From the IMG/VR virus record IMGVR_UViG_3300005805_000321, positions 1-30,140 of that record: a stretch of 30,140 bases of DNA. One strand, given 5' to 3'. This DNA is from a virus (Duplodnaviria; Caudoviricetes). The notes under the pieces were generated by a model, which did no database searches, was not told where the DNA came from, and saw only the letters and a list, made by a program, of their open reading frames with translations. A program made the position numbers and the translations under genes. Shown piece by piece: positions 25,232-30,140 of this stretch (positions are counted from its first letter, which is position 1; each line of letters begins with the position of its first letter).

Positions 25232-25325
25232 TGAGGGCAAGCCAAACCATAAAACAGATAAAAAGAACAGCTAGAGCGATTCCTAAGAACCCCAAAGCAA
25301 AGATAGTGAAGATCGTCTCAATCAC
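25221..25325 (-). CDS. 34-aa single-TM peptide (not in ORF track)
   Basis: GTG start in GTGA overlap; MIETIFTIFALGFLGIALAVLFICFMVWLALNES. Confidence 0.6.
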   Translation of the reverse strand: MIETIFTIFALGFLGIALAVLFICFMVWLALNES

Positions 25326-25474
25326 ATCACACCCCGCATTTCCCAACCCAATAAAAAGTAATTCCATCGGGTAGTCATGTTCTGATTGGTGAATTTCTCA
25401 CCGTCCCACACAAGTTCTGATTCAGCATAACCTTTGCCCGTCATGAGGGCTATGAATACTTTTCGTGCTTTCAT
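25322..25474 (-). CDS. 50-aa hypothetical protein (not in ORF track)
   Basis: GGGAG SD; MKARKVFIALMTGKGY...RWNYFLLGWEMRGVM. Confidence 0.7.
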   Translation of the reverse strand: MKARKVFIALMTGKGYAESELVWDGEKFTNQNMTTRWNYFLLGWEMRGVM

Positions 25475-25609
25475 GTGTTCTCCCTAAGTTTGAATTCGAC
25501 CTTACTTTCAACAAATGCTTTGGCGACATCAAAAGCAACAACAATAAAAGCAAGCGGAACCATTACCCAGACAAGCGGTATCAAAATAAATTTCATGTGT
25601 TCTCCTTAA
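25469..25609. repeat. 19-bp direct repeat TTTCATGTGTTCTCCyTAA at gene junctions (25469 and 25591)
   Basis: 18 of 19 bases identical; on the minus strand it reads SD + AACAC + ATGA. Confidence 0.85.
25471..25596 (-). CDS. 41-aa hydrophobic peptide (not in ORF track)
   Basis: AAGGAG SD; MKFILIPLVWVMVPLAFIVVAFDVAKAFVESKVEFKLRENT; ATGA overlaps. Confidence 0.65.
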   Translation of the reverse strand: MKFILIPLVWVMVPLAFIVVAFDVAKAFVESKVEFKLRENT

Positions 25610-26000
25610 TGCCGTGCGCGGCTTCGATGGCTCGGGCAAATGTTTCCCATGCGCCATTGCAAAATGGTAGAGATTCCCAAATACGTTCAATCTCCTCATC
25701 CGTCAGCGGCTTGCGCTGTGGTGGGGTTGTGTAAAGGGGTTGCACAGGGTCGTTATCTAACGGCTTGTCGAAACAAAGATACCTTTCTCCTATGCTGTCT
25801 GTTGATAGCCACGCCACAGGCTCTTGCTCAATCTCTTGCCCACGGCGCTGTGTCTCACGCATGGCGTGTTCTGCCAATGCTTTCTCTGCTACCAGTTTGG
25901 CAAAGGCTACAAGTGCCTCAGAATAGATGCCATCAAGATGAGGGCGCATACCAATCAATCCACATTCTTGTGCCATATCAATGATTTCGTCTTGTGTCAT
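25593..26000 (-). CDS. Mosaic early hypothetical protein
   Basis: MTQDEII.MA, QEPVAW, PLYTTPPQRKPLTDEEI, FARAIEAAHGI motifs. Confidence 0.75.
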   Translation of the reverse strand: MTQDEIIDMAQECGLIGMRPHLDGIYSEALVAFAKLVAEKALAEHAMRETQRRGQEIEQEPVAWLSTDSIGERYLCFDKPLDNDPVQPLYTTPPQRKPLTDEEIERIWESLPFCNGAWETFARAIEAAHGIKENT

Positions 26001-26146
26001 GGTTTCCAATCCTCATACCAACCGTCTACATACATTTCATGGAATCCCCATGCAAATAGCCATGTCCAACTAAGTGCGGAATCACGGGGATAGTTAATCT
26101 TTGCCATCATTAGACAAAGTTCTTTGCTCGGAGGTGGTGCTTTCAT
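25997..26146 (-). CDS. 49-aa Trp-rich hypothetical protein
   Basis: MKAPPPSKELC...WTWLFAWGF; ATGA overlaps at both ends. Confidence 0.6.
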   Translation of the reverse strand: MKAPPPSKELCLMMAKINYPRDSALSWTWLFAWGFHEMYVDGWYEDWKP

Positions 26147-26364
26147 TTTGTTTTGAGTCCTCTTATGTACACAGTGAATGATTGAATCGTGTCTTTGCCA
26201 AACGCCAACGAGCATTTTTCTATGTGTTGGGCGACTTCTTCAATCACTTCGTTTCGCGCATTGGTTTCAGCGTAGCGGATTATTTGGTGTTTGCGCGACC
26301 CTTGAAGTCCCCAATCGCCTTGTCTGCGACTGAGTTCTTCAAACGCTTCATCTTCCGGACTCAA
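26143..26364 (-). CDS. Hypothetical protein
   Basis: EDEAFEEL...RNEVIEEVA...FGKDTIQSF; coupled in operon. Confidence 0.65.
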   Translation of the reverse strand: MSPEDEAFEELSRRQGDWGLQGSRKHQIIRYAETNARNEVIEEVAQHIEKCSLAFGKDTIQSFTVYIRGLKTK

Positions 26365-26597
26365 AACCCAATGTCCTCATCGTTATCTGCTGGCAAACCT
26401 TTATGCTCTTTGGGCTTTGGGTCGTTCATGTATGCCCAACCGTCCCACCCCGCATAGATCGGCATTACATCGAGTTTTAGCATAGGGCCATTCTTTGTTT
26501 CGATGACTGACCCAATGCGGATGTATCGTTTCTTTTCTTCACCCTTTGCGTTGGTATAAGAACCCGCAACAACTGTGATTTCTTTAAGCAGTGCCAT
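26361..26597 (-). CDS. Small ssDNA-binding protein candidate
   Basis: Acidic/aromatic tail DNDEDIGF; YTNAKGEEKKRY..IG; next to exonuclease and recombinase. Confidence 0.6.
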   Translation of the reverse strand: MALLKEITVVAGSYTNAKGEEKKRYIRIGSVIETKNGPMLKLDVMPIYAGWDGWAYMNDPKPKEHKGLPADNDEDIGF

Positions 26598-27210
26598 TTT
26601 TTTCTTTCATTAAAAGTTCAAGTTTTGTGTCAAGATCAGCGAGAAACTTCACCACTTCGGCATCCATTTCACTGATTAGCTTCTCGTCTCGCTCGACTCG
26701 TTTGGTGAACATTTCCAACCCCTTTAGTCTCGGGTCAAAGGAAACGAAATCACACCATTCTTTTCCGGTACATCTAAGCTGAAACTGAATTTGCTTGATG
26801 TACTTTGAGGGCACTGTTTTGGACAATAGAGTGTCAATATGGGTAGAAGTGTTGGGACACTTGATCTCAATGATTCCATCGCCCACAATCCCATCGGGTG
26901 AGGCTCCTGCCATTTCAATGTCCGGATGAGGAATAAACCCCACTTGCTCAACCAATACAGAATTGACCATTTCGTAATGAGCGCGAGCAAGCGGCTCGGT
27001 CTCTGTGCCCCACTGCATAGCCGAGTTAGTGAAGGAATCAGCTTTCTCACCCGTCAACCGTTCACAAATGAGTTGGGCCATGTAATCGTCCCGTGACGCA
27101 CCATACCCACCCGTCTTTAGCTTTGCCATCACATCTGAGACGCGAGATGCCGTTACCTTACCCAATCGGGCGGCGAACCATTGGGGCGACCCTTGTATCA
27201 TTTCAGTCAT
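26584..27210 (-). CDS. YqaJ/lambda-exonuclease family protein
   Basis: QGSPQWFAARLGKVTAS, MQWGTETEPLAR, GASPDG, IEIKCP, QIQFQL. Confidence 0.93.
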   Translation of the reverse strand: MTEMIQGSPQWFAARLGKVTASRVSDVMAKLKTGGYGASRDDYMAQLICERLTGEKADSFTNSAMQWGTETEPLARAHYEMVNSVLVEQVGFIPHPDIEMAGASPDGIVGDGIIEIKCPNTSTHIDTLLSKTVPSKYIKQIQFQLRCTGKEWCDFVSFDPRLKGLEMFTKRVERDEKLISEMDAEVVKFLADLDTKLELLMKEKNGTA

Positions 27211-27454
27211 ACGAATTTTCCTCAAGATGTTTTTTTATTGCTTCAAGTGATGCAGCACAAATTACATGAAAACCAATCGGAGTTTTTGGATACCACTGCA
27301 ATGACCATACACTGTTTTCAGCAATAGATTTATTCCACTCATCTTCTGATATAAAGTTTTGAGCATCATAAAAATCCTCAATAGTTTCATACATATCAAG
27401 ATGTTCGTTGTGAGACAAATGCAAGCTGCATTCGTGCTTTGGTAGCCAATTCAC
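27203..27454 (-). CDS. Hypothetical protein (AT-rich insertion)
   Basis: 83-aa ORF between erf and exonuclease, overlapping both. Confidence 0.65.
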   Translation of the reverse strand: MNWLPKHECSLHLSHNEHLDMYETIEDFYDAQNFISEDEWNKSIAENSVWSLQWYPKTPIGFHVICAASLEAIKKHLEENSYD

Positions 27455-28047
27455 AATGATGCTTTCTTCAAGTCTTTGGCTACGATGATGGCATTCTTTG
27501 CGGCGGCATCATGTCCGGCAACCTTGATGGCCTCAAAGTAAGCAGTTTTCAATTCTTCCTCTGTGGTGGCTGCATCAATGGAAGCGATTAACGGGGCAAT
27601 AAGGACGGTCTTTGGCGCGACTGAATGGGTATGGGCATCGGCATCATTATCTGCCTCTGTGGGGATGCTAAAGGCTTGAAAGGCTGCATACTTGTACGCT
27701 GCTGACATAGCCTTATTGGTGGCTTTATCTCCGCTATCCATTGCTTCGCCAAATGTCTTGACGGTGTGCTTAGAACCGTCCTCTGCTGAAACAAAATCAA
27801 ACTCAACCTCAACAGTCACATAGAACAATGCGCCACCCGACTTGCTTGCTCGCTCAACACACTCGCGGGTAAGAACACGGGGCAGAATGCAAAGGCTGTG
27901 CTTTGCCAATAGGGGCGCAATGGCGTTATAAACATCGTCAATGCCCCTAAAGTTGTATCCGCTGCCCTGCATATTCCTACGGTCTTTTGTGATGCCGACA
28001 GATGACAATTCTGCTTGAACAGCGTTAATGGCTTTATAAACTTTCAT
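27451..28047 (-). CDS. erf: ERF-family single-strand annealing protein
   Basis: YNFRGIDDV, GEAMDSGDKATNKAMSAAYKYA, DNDAD. Confidence 0.88.
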   Translation of the reverse strand: MKVYKAINAVQAELSSVGITKDRRNMQGSGYNFRGIDDVYNAIAPLLAKHSLCILPRVLTRECVERASKSGGALFYVTVEVEFDFVSAEDGSKHTVKTFGEAMDSGDKATNKAMSAAYKYAAFQAFSIPTEADNDADAHTHSVAPKTVLIAPLIASIDAATTEEELKTAYFEAIKVAGHDAAAKNAIIVAKDLKKASL

Positions 28048-28247
28048 TTGGAATCCTTTGAAATAAGTTCGGTTTGGAGGGTTTTGATTTCGTCACGGGC
28101 ATTGTCGATGTGGTTGACCAACACACGAATGTGGCCTTCCAACATCTGAATGCGGTAAAGCAGTCGTTCAGTTTGATCGGCATCATGCTCGCGGTATAAG
28201 GTCTCTGATGTTTGTTTGACAGAATTGATGATGTAGTTAGCGTCCAT
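28044..28247 (-). CDS. Small coiled-coil hypothetical protein
   Basis: GGAG SD; overlaps both neighbours. Confidence 0.6.
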   Translation of the reverse strand: MDANYIINSVKQTSETLYREHDADQTERLLYRIQMLEGHIRVLVNHIDNARDEIKTLQTELISKDSK

Positions 28248-28426
28248 TAGGGTCTCCAAATAAAACAATCAAGGGCGATCACGATAAGGGCGATGAGGCT
28301 CACCACACGCACCACCTTGTCGGCAAGTGTCAGACGGGCTACATGAATCTCAATGCAAGCACCGTTCTCCATACTGTTGGGGAATGCTTCGTTAAATGTG
28401 CGGGGGAATTTGGTTCTGTTAAGCAT
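28247..28426 (-). CDS. Small protein with C-terminal TM
   Basis: FPRTFNEAFP; VVSLIALIVIALDCFIWRP. Confidence 0.65.
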   Translation of the reverse strand: MLNRTKFPRTFNEAFPNSMENGACIEIHVARLTLADKVVRVVSLIALIVIALDCFIWRP

Positions 28427-28676
28427 GGAAGTCCTCAATCATGGCAATGTGGTGTTTCTTGATCTGCGAGAAGATCAATGCTTGATCTGCTGCTGTGAGT
28501 TCATAGGTGACCTCAGTTCCGGCGGGTTCATCTTCAAAATCTTCGGTGGTGTATGCAAACCAATCGTAGACTTCGGAGAGACCAACAGAATCATCGGCTT
28601 CAAAGTAGTCAAACTCGACCGTGAGATACCCGTAGTCGATGCTGTGGACTTCGGTGGTGTAGGCTAGATTTTTCAT
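28419..28676 (-). CDS. First leftward early gene, acidic hypothetical protein
   Basis: AGGAAG SD; LTVEFDYFEADDSVGL. Confidence 0.7.
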   Translation of the reverse strand: MKNLAYTTEVHSIDYGYLTVEFDYFEADDSVGLSEVYDWFAYTTEDFEDEPAGTEVTYELTAADQALIFSQIKKHHIAMIEDFHA

Positions 28677-28720
28677 TTGCTTCCTAAAAGACCCTATGCG
28701 TTGTGCTGGGGAATGAATGT

Positions 28721-28792
28721 ACTGTATCACTAGATATAGCACTGTGCATTAGGACTTTCCCTAATGTGTGAAAATACAACATCTAGCACAAT
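28721..28792. promoter_or_regulatory. Divergent promoter region with central palindrome CATTAGG-N6-CCTAATG
   Basis: Palindrome 28747-28766; inverted CTAGAT/ATCTAG at 28730 and 28781; -10-like TACAGT (left) and CACAAT (right). Confidence 0.6.
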
Positions 28793-28797
28793 AAATC

Positions 28798-28986
28798 ATG
28801 TTTCCTCATTGCTTCCCATCTGAAAAGCAGTATCGTGAATGGGTCGGTTACGCCAAAATCGTAGCTGAACCCGTCAATATCTGTGAGGACTGCACAAAGG
28901 ATTTTCAGAGTGAAATGCTCTTAGAGGAACGGTGCAAACCCTCACCGAAATGGCTCATTGGTAAAAAACCCGAAGGAACATCATGA
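28798..28986 (+). CDS. Small four-Cys (metal-binding?) protein
   Basis: PHCF...ICEDC...RC; first rightward gene. Confidence 0.65.
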   Translation: MFPHCFPSEKQYREWVGYAKIVAEPVNICEDCTKDFQSEMLLEERCKPSPKWLIGKKPEGTS

Positions 28987-29129
28987 AAGCACTCGTAGGA
29001 ATTTGGTTCGCTCTGTCTGTCAGCTTGGCATGGGCATCTTGCACCACTCACACAATCATGTCGGGTGGACGCATCGTTACCTGCACGACTTGTTGTTACG
29101 GCAACAGTTGCACGACAAATTGTTTTTGA
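28983..29129 (+). CDS. 48-aa secreted six-Cys miniprotein (not in ORF track)
   Basis: GAAGGA SD, ATGA overlap; MKALVGIWFALSVSLAWA/SCTTHTIMSGGRIVTCTTCCYGNSCTTNCF. Confidence 0.8.
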   Translation: MKALVGIWFALSVSLAWASCTTHTIMSGGRIVTCTTCCYGNSCTTNCF

Positions 29130-29142
29130 TGTAAGATTGTTC

Positions 29143-29233
29143 GAAACACGGATAGGTGGAGAGTAGCTACTCCACCGAAAAGCGAACTCCCCGCCTGCCG
29201 TAGTTTCTTTTCTGGGAGATTTGCGGAGTTGCT
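29143..29233 (+). ncRNA. Candidate structured leader RNA with anti-SD segment upstream of replication gene
   Basis: GAAACACGG/CCGT(A)GTTTC closing stem, GGTGGAG/CTCCACC hairpin, AGCGAACTCCC complementary to two downstream sites. Confidence 0.6.
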
Positions 29234-29235
29234 TT

Positions 29236-30012
29236 ATGCACTACTACAAGAGAAATCTTGGCGATTACGCCAAAAAAACGGGTCGTTTGACTATGCTTCA
29301 ACACGGTGCGTACACGCTTTTAATTGATGCGTGTTATGACCGTGAGGTTTTCCCAACGCTTGAACAAGCAATAGATTGGACTTGGGCCTCTACTGATGCC
29401 GAGATTGAGGCTGTCAAATTCGTGCTAAGTCGGTTCTTCAAGCTGTCATCTGATGGTCAATATGTGCAAGATCGCATTCTTGAAGAACTCTTGCAGTATC
29501 ACAAAAACGCAGACACAAACAAACGAATCGCTATTGATAGGGAAACAAAGCGTAAAGAAAAAAGCACGAACCGTGTACAAATCGTAGACGAACCGCCACC
29601 TAACCAAGAACCACTAACCACTAACCATAAACCAAAGAGAGAAAGCGCAACTGCCGTTGCTTGCCCACTTGATGTTTCTGAACAAGTTTGGAACGATTGG
29701 GTATCACTGCGGAAAAGCAAAAAAGCACCGATCACAAAAACCGTTCTTGAAGGCGCAAGGAAAGAGGCTTTCAAACTTGATTGGCCTTTGGAAAAGTTCT
29801 TAGCTGAATGGTGTACTCGCGGAAGTCAAGGGCTAAAAGCCGAGTGGGTGGCTCCAAAGCCGACATTTGCGGACATTGCAAAAGTCACAGTGCCGAGCAA
29901 AACCGAGCGAGACCCCGCACTTGTCAAGCTAGACGAAGACAAATCCCGAACTGGCCCACCTCCGGCTGAGATACGGGCCAAAATCATGGAAGCACTGAGG
30001 GCCAAAGCATGA
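29236..30012 (+). CDS. Replication initiator, DUF1376/YdaU family
   Basis: MHYYKRNLGDYAKKT..LT..QHGAY.LLID.CY; C-terminal W.DW..LRK.KKAP.T...GSQGLKAEW. Confidence 0.85.
   Translation: MHYYKRNLGDYAKKTGRLTMLQHGAYTLLIDACYDREVFPTLEQAIDWTWASTDAEIEAVKFVLSRFFKLSSDGQYVQDRILEELLQYHKNADTNKRIAIDRETKRKEKSTNRVQIVDEPPPNQEPLTTNHKPKRESATAVACPLDVSEQVWNDWVSLRKSKKAPITKTVLEGARKEAFKLDWPLEKFLAEWCTRGSQGLKAEWVAPKPTFADIAKVTVPSKTERDPALVKLDEDKSRTGPPPAEIRAKIMEALRAKA
29523..29634. repeat. Putative replication origin: iterons plus 7-bp repeats
   Basis: ACRAABCG at 29523, 29545, 29566, 29577, 29588; AACCA at 29602, 29609, 29616, 29623, 29630. Confidence 0.7.
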
Positions 30013-30140
30013 CCAAAGAACAAGCACATGACTTGCTCAACTTCGTCAAGCTGGGGTTTGCAATCCCCACATGGCGAATCAATAAGGCACTAACCATCAC
30101 GGGGGACTTGAATGCTCAACGAGTTAGCCGATCACTATGC
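30009..30140 (+). CDS. Small hypothetical protein, runs off the window end
   Basis: ATGA overlap; MTKEQAHDLL...ALTITGDL. Confidence 0.55.
   Translation, partial: MTKEQAHDLLNFVKLGFAIPTWRINKALTITGDLNAQRVSRSLC

Noticed and set aside
28722-28737. LexA SOS box (CTGT-N8-ACAG)
   Set aside because: The right half reads ATAT, not ACAG.
1-30140. Stop-codon reassignment, tRNAs, integrase/att site
   Set aside because: Genes are intact and densely packed under the standard code; no cloverleaf or recombinase motif was seen.

Overview
The window is most of the genome of a small tailed dsDNA phage (Caudoviricetes) with podovirus-type morphogenesis genes and a lambdoid-like early-gene layout. The Rz/Rz1 spanins imply a Gram-negative host; a freshwater Betaproteobacteria host is my inference only. 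Plus-strand order: NinB-like, Zn/HNH-like, a candidate structured RNA plus terminator, a HiPIP-like Cys protein, three small basic proteins, a 713-aa putative injected protein, TerS, TerL, portal, a Gly/Ala-rich protein, scaffold, major capsid, adaptor and tail proteins, three ejection proteins, a tail fibre with S74 chaperone, and a long nine-gene lysis/membrane cassette ending in a GH19 endolysin. A leftward early operon (25043-28676) carries small ORFs, an SSB-like protein, YqaJ exonuclease and ERF recombinase. It is followed by a divergent control region with no recognisable cI/cro, a signal-peptide six-Cys miniprotein missing from the ORF track, a structured leader RNA with an anti-SD segment, and a DUF1376-type replication initiator with helically phased iterons. 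No integrase, tRNA or CRISPR array was seen. All family calls come from motif recognition by eye; no database search was run.
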